Assembly (NCBI GenBank): GCA_038883655.1
Contig: JAVZLQ010000004.1
Location: 96,001-160,000 of the forward strand
Length of the DNA: 64,000 nt
Direction: 5' to 3'
DNA from: Candidatus Bathyarchaeia archaeon
Lineage (GTDB): Archaea > Thermoproteota > Bathyarchaeia > Bathyarchaeales > Bathycorpusculaceae
The translations under genes and the position numbers were made by a program. Under the pieces are notes generated by a model. That model had not been told where the DNA came from and searched no databases. It saw only the letters and a list, made by a program, of their open reading frames with translations. Shown here one piece after another: positions 50,101 through 58,500 of the stretch (its first letter is position 1; every line of letters starts with the position of its first letter).

Positions 50101-51060
50101 CATGAGACAGGTCCTCTCCACGAGACAAGCTGGATTTACATGGGCTCGCCATACGGTCCACATTTCGGCCTAGGCGATAAAGTTAGTGATTACGTGCTTT
50201 ACGTTCCATGGATCTCAGTTGTGCATGATGTTGCAGTAATTGATGTTTCATTTTTACCTACAAGCCTAGTTGCAGGAGAAACTGTTACAATAAATGTGAC
50301 CGTTGAAAACCAAGGAAGCGACTTCGAAAGCTTTACCGTAACAGTTTACTATGATAATACGCCGATAGAAAGTCAAGACGTTATCAATCTGTTTCCGGGC
50401 TTTAACATCACGTTAACTTTCTATTGGAATACCCCACTGGAATTACCCAGAGGAGTCTACATCATAAAGGCGGAAGCATCAATAGTACTTGAAGAAATAG
50501 ATATCCAAGACAACACGTTTACTGATGGAACGGTCGAAATATTATGGCATGATGTAGCTATTGTCGAAATTTCTCCTTCACGAGACTGGGTTTATCAGGG
50601 ACATAACCTTAACATAAACGTTACCGTTCTAAATAAGGGAGATTTCCTCGAAGAAATAACTGTGACACTCTACTATAACATAACTGCAGGACAAACAATA
50701 GGCGCGCAAATAATAACGCTGCCTCCTGGAGAAAGCGCCACACTAACTTTCGTCTGGGACACAACAGATGTAGAATACTGCCACAACTACCAAATAGTCG
50801 TCACAGCAACAATAACCGCACCGGACAATGATCCGTTGGATAACACTTTAACTGATGGAAGTGTAAAAGTTAGAATTCTCGGAGATGTAAACGGCGACGA
50901 AACAGTTGACATGGCAGATATATCGATAATGATCGACGCATTTTTCTCCTATGCAGGGCATCCGCTATGGAACCCAGATCTGGACGTATACATAGACGAT
51001 TCCGTTGATATGGCAGACATAGGCATACTCATCTCAAATTTCCTACTATCGTGCCAATAA
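47110..51060 (+). CDS. pectin-lyase-like right-handed beta-helix (NosD-type) protein with 2 CARDB and dockerin
   Basis: Two beta-helix units (IQDAV/IQEAID..GTY, GI.. repeats, DARxNWWG), HDVAV CARDB domains, and a dockerin at 50881-51057. Confidence 0.85.
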   Translation: MEGKLLAALMLSLLLISSLTVLPIMSISASDGTFNVVLGGAVAALAKARGTSEQHYWGSGCWAAVLGQKFEMYIDPTLPPFNALGTFTIDDISSISYHTNKPGSQNDADFYLVIYTKPDGVDDKATWYGYKLIGEPYYSRNLNAPSNQWNKWSTDVGANQLTFFDPDTIGFYGFYGQPTLQDIQAGPINWNNYYSGCPVTNIDYGVETVKYISFQTGTAWMNVFQGYIDAITIALNDGTTVTVDLEGFASEIWVDDDWTGLPPGYEVEPGKFIGYNAFSKIQDAVIASISGGVIYVYEGTYTVSSTIIIDKTLTLLGPQADVDPRPIYGGRTGPEAIIEGDGIISNVIKIAANNVVINGFTIRTGKGDIIRQDGPNTGTVVKYNIIHDGRGDEGIQLAKCTNGIIEYNYVYDIATPGDAISFADSNYCIIRFNEVYNIGSENAAIYVYGSNNMAIVGNIVHNVTLNDGIKLGSKNGADAGKAGGLIKGNIIYDVEQDGISVYTSHVVVEENEIYNCRSENGAIYIAFAVSNITVRYNNIHDNNLKTSKRQTSAGILIENRVNVSTVTLNYNNIYNNKPYGCTNEATGLLDARFNWWGDASGPTHASNSGGMGDKISDNVDYSPWLGNPFEIMPRIYHVNPTGAPGAIQEAIDAASPFDTVIVHEGTYAEQVMINKSLILHGLAGAKILAPDVRSPVTIPESTAIFDPVIFAYGSLSGAGTIDVTIEGFEVDGGNKASSSYRYVGILCRNVKPGAISNNVIHSLYPPSGKGSGPQTFGLLVYGDSDVTIQHNEIKDFSRGGIGVSGDAGPSADPYALVQQNTVFGNGLETETNWWAENGIQIAYGAKAHVVGNEVFDCMVNNPSWASTGILVVDTADTVVENNYVEGCDIGIGAVDFPSAYGPPWNYHILSDVLITGNTLVGNTWQIDISNDARNVSVTYNDIINAIEDGIDVWSYFGDVFPTNITIHYNNITGSGSYGVWASEDIPEPVDARYNWWGHETGPLHETSWIYMGSPYGPHFGLGDKVSDYVLYVPWISVVHDVAVIDVSFLPTSLVAGETVTINVTVENQGSDFESFTVTVYYDNTPIESQDVINLFPGFNITLTFYWNTPLELPRGVYIIKAEASIVLEEIDIQDNTFTDGTVEILWHDVAIVEISPSRDWVYQGHNLNINVTVLNKGDFLEEITVTLYYNITAGQTIGAQIITLPPGESATLTFVWDTTDVEYCHNYQIVVTATITAPDNDPLDNTLTDGSVKVRILGDVNGDETVDMADISIMIDAFFSYAGHPLWNPDLDVYIDDSVDMADIGILISNFLLSCQ

Positions 51061-51114
51061 AAATGAAAATAATCCCCCTCTTTTTTATTTAGTTAGGATG
51101 ATGGCAATTTCATA

Positions 51115-51141
51115 TAGAAGATAATTCCAAAAATTTTAAAT
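51115..51141 (+). promoter_or_regulatory. conserved box TAGAA-N5-TTCCA plus TATA
   Basis: TAGAAgataaTTCCA aaaat TTTAAAT. Confidence 0.65.
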
Positions 51142-51184
51142 GATATAAAGTTATATTTTATGTTGCCGAGGGGAGAGGAAGCTC

Positions 51185-54100
51185 TTGTTAAAAAAGCAGC
51201 TGCCACTGTTGATCTTCTTTGCTTTATTAATTATGTCTTCATATCATGTTATTCCTGTTGGAGCTGCGCCCTGTGCTATCCTTAAGGTTTCTCTGCCTGA
51301 TGGCGTTTATCATGGTGTTGATGTTGACCCTTGGCTGAATGAAAGTTATGTTTTGAGTCTTACGGGTGCTGTTCAGACTTTTGTTGTTAGAATAAATAAT
51401 ACGAGTGCGTCGTTGAGGTCTTATGATACTCGTTTGGTTATTGCGCTTAACGATGCTGGATATAATAACCTTTTGTCGCTTGTTGTAAATGGCACGAGTG
51501 TGCCTAAGTCTGCCTTTAAGTGTGGCACGCCCAAGCCGTATAATAAGTGGACTTGGCCTTCCGGCGATGTTTACCCAACATGGTTTAACGATACATGCGT
51601 TAATGTCGGTACGATTGGAAAGAAGAGCTATGTGGACTTGGTTGTTTCCGTCAATTTTTCTGATCCTAGCGGCGCGAGGATGCATTTTGACGCTTATGGG
51701 AAGACAGTCACATATTCTCCGCCGAGTGATGGTTATATAACACATAACCCGCTTTCTGAAGATTCCACGGTTCTCTTTCAGGCTGGTCCCCCACCTCAAC
51801 AGCCACCATTCGCTAGCTTCACGTTTACGCCAACATATCCAGAAGCTAACCAAGTTGTTACTTTTGATGCTTCTGGCAGCTATGACCCAGACGGGCAAAT
51901 TGTAAGTTATGCTTGGGATTTTGGAGACGGCACACCAATTGTTGTTGAAAATGACCCAACAACCTATCATACCTACACTTCTTTTGGAGACTACATTGTC
52001 AGGTTAACAGTCACGGATGACGATGGCTTGACAGACGAGGAAACCGCTGTAGTCCACGTTAGTCAACATCCGATTGCAGCCTTCACGTTTTCGCCGCCAG
52101 ACCCACTCGTTCACGAAGTTGTGACTTTTGATGCATCAGCGTCAAGTCCAGACGGAGGCGTAATAGTAAGTTACACATGGGATTTCGGCGACGGCAACAT
52201 CACAACTGTTTCAGAACCAATAATTACGCATGCATATGAAGCTTGGGGAAAATACACGGTTACGTTGAACGTTACGGACAGCGAAGGAAAATGGGACACT
52301 GAAACCAAAGAAATAACAGTTGAGAACGCGCCAGTAGCGGACTTCACCTGGGACCCGTACCTTCCACAAAGAGGCGAAACGGTCACTTTCAACGCTTCAA
52401 TATCTTCCCCAGATGGTGGCGTAATTATAAGTTATGCTTGGGATTTTGGAGACGGCACACCCATGATTGAGGAAAACGACCCAATCGTAACACATGTCTA
52501 TGCAATAGCAGGCGACTACCTGGTCACATTAAATGTCACGGACAGCGAGGGCAGATGGGACACGGAAACAAAAACAATAAGGGTTGCTCCTGTCGCGTAT
52601 TATTTGGAAGTTAAGACGGACCCAGAAGGCATAACGACAATTCCAGGCGAAAACTGGTATGACGAAGGTGCAGAGGTTACGTTAACTGCGCCGGAAATTG
52701 TGCCGATCTCGGATGGTGCGCGTTATAGGTTTAGCTATTGGGATGTTGATGGTATACCGCAGGGAATAGGCGTAAACCAAATAACCGTTTTAATGAATGC
52801 TAATCACGTAGCCACCGCCCACTACATAACTGAGTATTACTTGACTGTTTCCTCTCCCTTCGGCATTGTGGGCGGCGAAGGATGGTACCAAACCGGAGCA
52901 ACAGCCTACGCAACACTAAGCACGGGCATCGTTGACCACGGAAACGGAACGCGAAGAGTCTTCATAAACTGGGGTGGAGACGCTTCAGGGACAAACTATG
53001 CCCAAAGCAACCCAATAGTCATGGATGGTCCGAAAACGGCGATAGCAAACTGGAAGACGCAATATTATCTTGAATTGCAAGCAAATCCGCCTGGTGTGAC
53101 CGCACCCTCAGGTACAGGATGGTATGATGCGGAAACATACGCTCCAATATCTACTCTCGAATATGTTCCAGGAGGATCGCGTTACCGCTTTGTAAGTTGG
53201 ACCACCGCCAACATGGCTGAAATAACTGATCCGTACTCGCCTTCAACAACAGTTCTTGTTGACGAGCCAAAGACTGTGACTGCAAATTATGTACATCAGT
53301 ATCAAGTCACTTTCGCGCAGACTGGTCTGGACGGGGATGCAAGCGGGACAGTAGTAACGGTTAACGACACCGCGTTAACGTATTCCAACTTGCCCTATAG
53401 CATTTGGGTTGACGAAAACAGCATAATACTCTACTCTTATGGAGGCACCATTTCAAGCACCGTTTCCGGCAAAAAATTCGTGCTTACAGGCATCACTGGT
53501 CCTTCTTCGCCAATAACCGTAACAGCAGACACAACAGTAACCGGAAACTACAAGACCCAATATTACCTTGAAGTTTCATCCGCATATGGTTCTCCTTCTC
53601 CCACGTCTGGGTGGTATGACGCTGGAAGCGGTATAACCGCCACTGTTAACTCACCGGTTTCTGGTCCTACTGGAACAAGATACGTTTGCACTGGTTGGAG
53701 TGGAGCAGGCAGCGTTCCACCATCTGGAATGGGCACAAGTGTAACTTTCACGTTGAATGCGCCATCAAGCATAACATGGAACTGGAAGACACAATACCTA
53801 TTAACGGTTGTCACGGATCCGCCAGGCTTAACACCGCAGCCAGCAAGAAATCCGACTGGCGAAGCAGGCCCGGCCAACAGCTGGTGGTATGACGCTGGCA
53901 CAAGCGTTATGTTGACAGCTCAGACCGTGACGGGTTACACTTTCAGCTACTGGGATGTTGACGGCGCTTCTCAGGGGAGTGGAGTAAACCCAATAACTGT
54001 TGTCGTGAATGCTCCGAAAACGGCGACAGCTCACTACACAGTGCAAGTAATAACTTACACGCTTAAAATTGAAACAACTACTGGCGGCACAACAAACCCA

Positions 54101-54661
54101 ACACCGGGAACATACACTTACGCAGCTGGTTCGCAAGTTCAAGTTACTGCCATCCCAAGCAGTGGCTACGTTTTCGACCATTGGGAACTTAATGGCACAA
54201 ACGTGGGAACAGCCACAACATACACCGTAACGATGAACAACAACTACATCTTAAAAGCTATCTTCAGGCAAATCCCGCCACTAACAGTTTCGATAAGCCC
54301 GATGTCAGCCTCAATGCTGGTTGGGCAACAAGTAACATTCACGTCAAACGTTACAGGTGGAACAGCGCCCTACACCTACCAATGGTACTTAAACGACGCT
54401 GCGGTTCCAAGCGCCAATGGAACAAGCTGGACATTTAAGCCTACAGCGGCAGGCATATACTACGTGTATTTGAAGGTTGTGGACGCTGGCGGTAATATAG
54501 CTCAATCTGGTGTCGCAAGAATAGAGGCTGCATCAGTCCCTGTTGGCGGCTACTCTGTTTCGTTGGCTAAAACGCCTCAAATAAAGCCATTGGCAGCATA
54601 CGTATCAGTTTTATACCTATTCGGAGCAATTTTAAGCCTAACAAAGCGCAAAAGAAAATAG
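51185..54661 (+). CDS. PKD- and InlB-B-like repeat surface protein with PVGG-TM-basic C-terminus
   Basis: Three WDFGDG PKD domains, multiple GWY...TANW/YKTQYYL repeats, and a C-terminal PVGG + TM + KRKRK. Confidence 0.85.
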   Translation: MLKKQLPLLIFFALLIMSSYHVIPVGAAPCAILKVSLPDGVYHGVDVDPWLNESYVLSLTGAVQTFVVRINNTSASLRSYDTRLVIALNDAGYNNLLSLVVNGTSVPKSAFKCGTPKPYNKWTWPSGDVYPTWFNDTCVNVGTIGKKSYVDLVVSVNFSDPSGARMHFDAYGKTVTYSPPSDGYITHNPLSEDSTVLFQAGPPPQQPPFASFTFTPTYPEANQVVTFDASGSYDPDGQIVSYAWDFGDGTPIVVENDPTTYHTYTSFGDYIVRLTVTDDDGLTDEETAVVHVSQHPIAAFTFSPPDPLVHEVVTFDASASSPDGGVIVSYTWDFGDGNITTVSEPIITHAYEAWGKYTVTLNVTDSEGKWDTETKEITVENAPVADFTWDPYLPQRGETVTFNASISSPDGGVIISYAWDFGDGTPMIEENDPIVTHVYAIAGDYLVTLNVTDSEGRWDTETKTIRVAPVAYYLEVKTDPEGITTIPGENWYDEGAEVTLTAPEIVPISDGARYRFSYWDVDGIPQGIGVNQITVLMNANHVATAHYITEYYLTVSSPFGIVGGEGWYQTGATAYATLSTGIVDHGNGTRRVFINWGGDASGTNYAQSNPIVMDGPKTAIANWKTQYYLELQANPPGVTAPSGTGWYDAETYAPISTLEYVPGGSRYRFVSWTTANMAEITDPYSPSTTVLVDEPKTVTANYVHQYQVTFAQTGLDGDASGTVVTVNDTALTYSNLPYSIWVDENSIILYSYGGTISSTVSGKKFVLTGITGPSSPITVTADTTVTGNYKTQYYLEVSSAYGSPSPTSGWYDAGSGITATVNSPVSGPTGTRYVCTGWSGAGSVPPSGMGTSVTFTLNAPSSITWNWKTQYLLTVVTDPPGLTPQPARNPTGEAGPANSWWYDAGTSVMLTAQTVTGYTFSYWDVDGASQGSGVNPITVVVNAPKTATAHYTVQVITYTLKIETTTGGTTNPTPGTYTYAAGSQVQVTAIPSSGYVFDHWELNGTNVGTATTYTVTMNNNYILKAIFRQIPPLTVSISPMSASMLVGQQVTFTSNVTGGTAPYTYQWYLNDAAVPSANGTSWTFKPTAAGIYYVYLKVVDAGGNIAQSGVARIEAASVPVGGYSVSLAKTPQIKPLAAYVSVLYLFGAILSLTKRKRK

Positions 54662-54682
54662 GGCTTTCTTCTCTTCTGAATT

Positions 54683-55666
54683 TTGTTCCATGCATCCCAA
54701 CGTGGAGTGTCGATGGTTAAAAAGAAAGGTAAAATTTCGGATGTAAAGAGGCGATATACAACACGAAGGTTGGCAGCGCTCTCACTACTTTTAACCACCA
54801 TAATAATTTCAGCTTTTCTCATATTCCATTTCTTTTTCTGGACAAGCGAGGTAAAATTTTCCTTTAAAGCAGCGATAGTTGACCAGTTAGGAAGCGCTTT
54901 TGAAAGTCAAAACTTTGTCGAAAACGTAATAAATATTCTACGACAACACAATTTCACGGTTATGCATAATCGAAGCGCGGAAATAACAGTGAATTTTTAT
55001 AAGAACCTTCCTAAATCCAATCCCGGCATAATACTTTTCAGAGTGCACTCAGCAATAAGAAGCAACACAAACTTTGTGGACTTTTTCACTTCAGAGTGTT
55101 ACCAAAGTGGAATATACGGAGAGTATGGCGACGCTTTAAGCGTTGCTTGGCTTCCATGGGAACCCCCGGGCAAATACTATTTTGCAATTGGCCCAAAATT
55201 TGTAAAGTTTATGGATGGCATTTTTCCAAAAAGCGTCGTTATTGCCATGGGTTGTAGTAGCTTAAATGGCACTACGATGGCTCAAGCCTTCATTGATAAA
55301 GGCGCTAAACTATACATCGGATGGACTGATAGCGTTGCCATTGAGGATTCAGATTATTCGACGCTTAAACTTTTAGAACTGCTCTTTGTACAGAATAAAA
55401 CCATTAAGGATGCAATTGACCAGTGTAATAGCCTTTGGTTTCAGTATCCTGGACGTCTTGACTATTTTCCAAAAGGAGCAGAAGTAGATAACAAGAAAAT
55501 TTGGAACTTGATTCTTGATTCTAATTTTCATCAATTTAGTTCGCTAAAATTTGAGGATTTAACATTTCTAACGTTTGTGCCGTTTAGAATTGAAGGAACG
55601 CCTATTAAGAGGTCTCAATTGTCTTTTCGTAATGTTTGGCGACAACGCTATAAATGTGCGATCTAA
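54683..55666 (+). CDS. membrane-anchored protein with possible caspase/gingipain-like His-Cys dyad
   Basis: N-terminal TM; IILFRVHS and VIAMGCSS strand-ending His/Cys; AFIDKGAKLYIGW. Confidence 0.55.
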   Translation: MFHASQRGVSMVKKKGKISDVKRRYTTRRLAALSLLLTTIIISAFLIFHFFFWTSEVKFSFKAAIVDQLGSAFESQNFVENVINILRQHNFTVMHNRSAEITVNFYKNLPKSNPGIILFRVHSAIRSNTNFVDFFTSECYQSGIYGEYGDALSVAWLPWEPPGKYYFAIGPKFVKFMDGIFPKSVVIAMGCSSLNGTTMAQAFIDKGAKLYIGWTDSVAIEDSDYSTLKLLELLFVQNKTIKDAIDQCNSLWFQYPGRLDYFPKGAEVDNKKIWNLILDSNFHQFSSLKFEDLTFLTFVPFRIEGTPIKRSQLSFRNVWRQRYKCAI

Positions 55667-55946
55667 GGATATCTCCAGAATATTTTAGGTCTCGAATATT
55701 TTTTATTGCATCTGCTAATTCCTTGTCTTCTATGACTTCGTTAATCCATTTTTCGAAGTCCCCTCTGTAAAGGTGAAATTCTAGCGATTTCACGTCGACT
55801 TCGTTTATTTTTTCCAGAAACTCTTTGAGGGAGCATGCGCTTATGCCAGTGTAGTTTCCTATTGATGTGAAGAAGTAGAAGGCTTTCTCCCTTGGAACGG
55901 TTCTCAGGATTTTTGATGTTTCTGTTTTCATGGCGTTTCTCTCCAT
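55605..55946 (-). CDS. DUF5752-like protein
   Basis: AFYF...SLKEF...SLEFHL.RGDF..WI pattern. Confidence 0.75.
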   Translation of the reverse strand: MERNAMKTETSKILRTVPREKAFYFFTSIGNYTGISACSLKEFLEKINEVDVKSLEFHLYRGDFEKWINEVIEDKELADAIKNIRDLKYSGDILRSHIYSVVAKHYEKTIETS

Positions 55947-55951
55947 TATTA

Positions 55952-56467
55952 TTATGTGTTCTTTTTATAAGTGTTAACCTTTGTGGGGTCATTGACCATT
56001 AAAAAGGGGGTTTCCTTAAACTTTTTTGTCACTATTGAAGTGCGAACTCTTAAAACTCCTTGTAGTGGCGCGACTGAGCGCGCAATGAACTCGTGGAGGC
56101 TTTCCTGGTTTTCTGCTATTACTTTTGCAATTATTTGGAGTTCTTCTGAGAGGGATGAGTAGACTTCTAGGACTTGTGGTGATTGGCAGAGTTTTTCGGC
56201 AACTTTTTCGCTTTCTTTCGGGTCTGTGTAAATGGTCATTAATGCTGTAACATTTTTGTTTCCAATTTTCTCCGAGTCTATTATTGTCGTGTACCTCTTT
56301 ATTATACCGTGATTTTCCATTTTCTTGATTCTGTCATAGACTGTGGAGTGAGCTATTCCTAGAAGTTTGCCAATCTCTGTGTAGGTTTGCCTTGCATTTT
56401 CTTGTAAGGCTTGCAAAATTTTGAAGTCTGTAGAATCCAATGTGAAGGAGTTGCTTTTCTGGTTCAA
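55952..56467 (-). CDS. Lrp/AsnC family transcriptional regulator
   Basis: LDSTDFKIL..LQENAR HTH and a RAM domain ending VRTSIV. Confidence 0.93.
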   Translation of the reverse strand: MNQKSNSFTLDSTDFKILQALQENARQTYTEIGKLLGIAHSTVYDRIKKMENHGIIKRYTTIIDSEKIGNKNVTALMTIYTDPKESEKVAEKLCQSPQVLEVYSSLSEELQIIAKVIAENQESLHEFIARSVAPLQGVLRVRTSIVTKKFKETPFLMVNDPTKVNTYKKNT

Positions 56468-56690
56468 AGAGTCTTCCCTTTTCGTGGAGTTGTCTGCGTT
56501 GGATTTATGGTTTATTGCCGTAAAAATGTAGAAAATGCGCCTTTTTTCCTTTAATTTTTCGCTTTCAGGCTTTCCGAAAAAAATGTAGCGTCTATAGTTT
56601 ATTATCTACAAAATTTCAATTTTCAGCGTTGTTTTCCTTCATTTTTTCAAAGTAAATAGATAAATAAGTTTAAATTTGTGTCTGATTTAA

Positions 56691-56705
56691 TAGAATATTG
56701 TTCTA
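56691..56705. promoter_or_regulatory. perfect palindrome TAGAA-N5-TTCTA in the region divergent from lrp
   Basis: TAGAAtattgTTCTA lies downstream of TATA TTTAAAT (56669) and matches the scaffold-gene box. Confidence 0.55.
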
Positions 56706-56740
56706 GAAGATTCTAACATCGTAGAGGTCGAGATTGAGAA

Positions 56741-57229
56741 ATGAAAATGCCTAAAGTCTGGGAAATTTTGGAAAAGTTTAAAAGTTTATGTAGGCTTCGC
56801 GGTTGGAGGGCTTCTGAGAATGAGGATTTAATTAAGGTTGGTAATGAATACCATAATTTCTTATATGCAAGGGATATTCATCCGTCGTCGTTTAGAAAGA
56901 TTGCTTCGAATAGAAAATGTGCAGTCAAGGAAGGTTTGTCTTACACGATTGTTGAAGCTGCTTACACGGCTTGGCTTTTTCTAGAACCCCCTTCAAAAGC
57001 GCTTTTGAGGGATATCCTTGAAAACCCAGAATTTGCCGAGCACATCGCAGTTTACGACTTAAGCTCATTGTTGGAGGGGAAAAACTTTTGTGCAAAAATA
57101 AATGAAACACAGAGTCCTGTTTTCCAAGAGTTTGAGAACTTCCTTGAGAAGGAATTGGATATCAAGTTTGGGGTTATCACACTTTCGGGTAGTCACGTGT
57201 TGCTAAATGATGCAGCTGTTGAAGGTTAA
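56741..57229 (+). CDS. hypothetical protein
   Basis: 162-aa ORF with RBS and TATA box upstream. Confidence 0.7.
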   Translation: MKMPKVWEILEKFKSLCRLRGWRASENEDLIKVGNEYHNFLYARDIHPSSFRKIASNRKCAVKEGLSYTIVEAAYTAWLFLEPPSKALLRDILENPEFAEHIAVYDLSSLLEGKNFCAKINETQSPVFQEFENFLEKELDIKFGVITLSGSHVLLNDAAVEG

Positions 57230-57297
57230 AGGCTTAATCATGTAATTTCAAAGGTTTGATAAGGGTGAATGCTTAAAGTATATTCTGTGAAGCCGAT

Positions 57298-57870
57298 ATG
57301 TCGCAGGATGCTGAAAAGATAAAGAGGCTTGTCGAATTTAAAGAGAAACTTGAGAAAAAGATCGAGCAGCTCAAGTCTGAACTTGAAGAGTTGCAGGCAA
57401 CACTTGAACTTGTAAAATCAATGCTGCTTGAGAAAGGGTTTAAACGCGCAGAGATAACCGTGAAAACAGAAGCTGAAGCAGCAACGCCACCGCCCACACC
57501 AACAACCACGTACGAAAGTGTAGTTCAGTTAAAGGCTATGTCTGGGGAGTTGCTTGCCACGCTTTATTTAGGCGAAGGCTTTTTACGTGTTGTGCCAGCT
57601 GAAGATAAAAGCTTCAATGTTAACACACCGCCGTTTAACTCCTTTCTTGTTGAAAGAGTTTTAATGAAGATGCAGGAAAAGGATTTAGAGTTGGCAAGGG
57701 CTGGACAATTACCACCAGAAAAGGTTTTTTCATATAACATTGTTAAGGATGGTGATGTTTTCCGCGAAATTTACGTAAAGAATGTTGACGAGGATCGTTT
57801 GAGAGAACTAAAATCGAGCATTCGCTGGACTTTGGAGAAGATGTATGAAAAAATGAGGGGGCAAAGCTAA
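57298..57870 (+). CDS. coiled-coil N-terminus hypothetical protein
   Basis: N-terminal coiled coil, Pro/Thr linker, globular C-terminal domain. Confidence 0.8.
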   Translation: MSQDAEKIKRLVEFKEKLEKKIEQLKSELEELQATLELVKSMLLEKGFKRAEITVKTEAEAATPPPTPTTTYESVVQLKAMSGELLATLYLGEGFLRVVPAEDKSFNVNTPPFNSFLVERVLMKMQEKDLELARAGQLPPEKVFSYNIVKDGDVFREIYVKNVDEDRLRELKSSIRWTLEKMYEKMRGQS

Positions 57871-57875
57871 ATCGT

Positions 57876-58436
57876 TCAACGTCTGTCAAAATATATGTTT
57901 TTGCCCTTTGCAGATATCGGGATTCCCATGATGACCGTTGCCTCAGGAAGCATTTTTAACCTTAAGGCGGCTGTGCCTATACGGTACATTATGCGGTTGT
58001 CAACGTTTAATATACTTGCAGTTTTAACCGCTGAGCCTAGGGCTATTCCAAGGTCTAAGGCTTTGAAGATGCAGTTTGGTCCGTAAAAGTCTTGTCCAAG
58101 TTTTTTCTCTTTTTCTTCGAATTCCTTGCAATTCTTGCTGCCGCACGCGCTACAGTTTATCCCAACGCTTTTGTTTCCTCTAACGCCAATCAAAATGACT
58201 GCTTCTGAATCTCTGACGTTTTTTGCGTCTCTTTTGAAGCCTTCAATTTTTCTTTCTTCAGCTATTTTCTCCATCATTTCAGCTATGGCTTCTTTTTCTC
58301 CATCATAAACTATGCATGTTAATATGTCGTCCAAGCCCGCTGTTTTCGGGGCGGTTCTTGCAGCCACTAACATCAGCTTAGCTGCTTCGAGAAGCGCTTC
58401 GCGTTCACCTTCTATACTTTCAATTTTTGGACACAT
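57876..58436 (-). CDS. DUF2148 ferredoxin-domain (nitroreductase-like) protein
   Basis: AARTAPK, NCSACG..C, GPNC, DLGIALGSA and VDNRIMY motifs. Confidence 0.88.
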   Translation of the reverse strand: MCPKIESIEGEREALLEAAKLMLVAARTAPKTAGLDDILTCIVYDGEKEAIAEMMEKIAEERKIEGFKRDAKNVRDSEAVILIGVRGNKSVGINCSACGSKNCKEFEEKEKKLGQDFYGPNCIFKALDLGIALGSAVKTASILNVDNRIMYRIGTAALRLKMLPEATVIMGIPISAKGKNIYFDRR

Positions 58437-58500
58437 TGTGCATCACACGCTTGTCAGCGATTATGCATTTATGCTTAGTTGGTTTGGTTTTAAACCTTTT

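Noticed and set aside
19554-54661. Diversity-generating retroelement or phase-variation cassette explaining the repeated modules
   Set aside because: No reverse transcriptase, recombinase or adenine-specific TR/VR pair. The repeats are in-frame protein modules.
19554-54661. True cellulosome (cellulose degradation)
   Set aside because: No glycoside hydrolase or CBM3 is recognisable among the dockerin proteins in this window; only a beta-helix protein of unknown activity.
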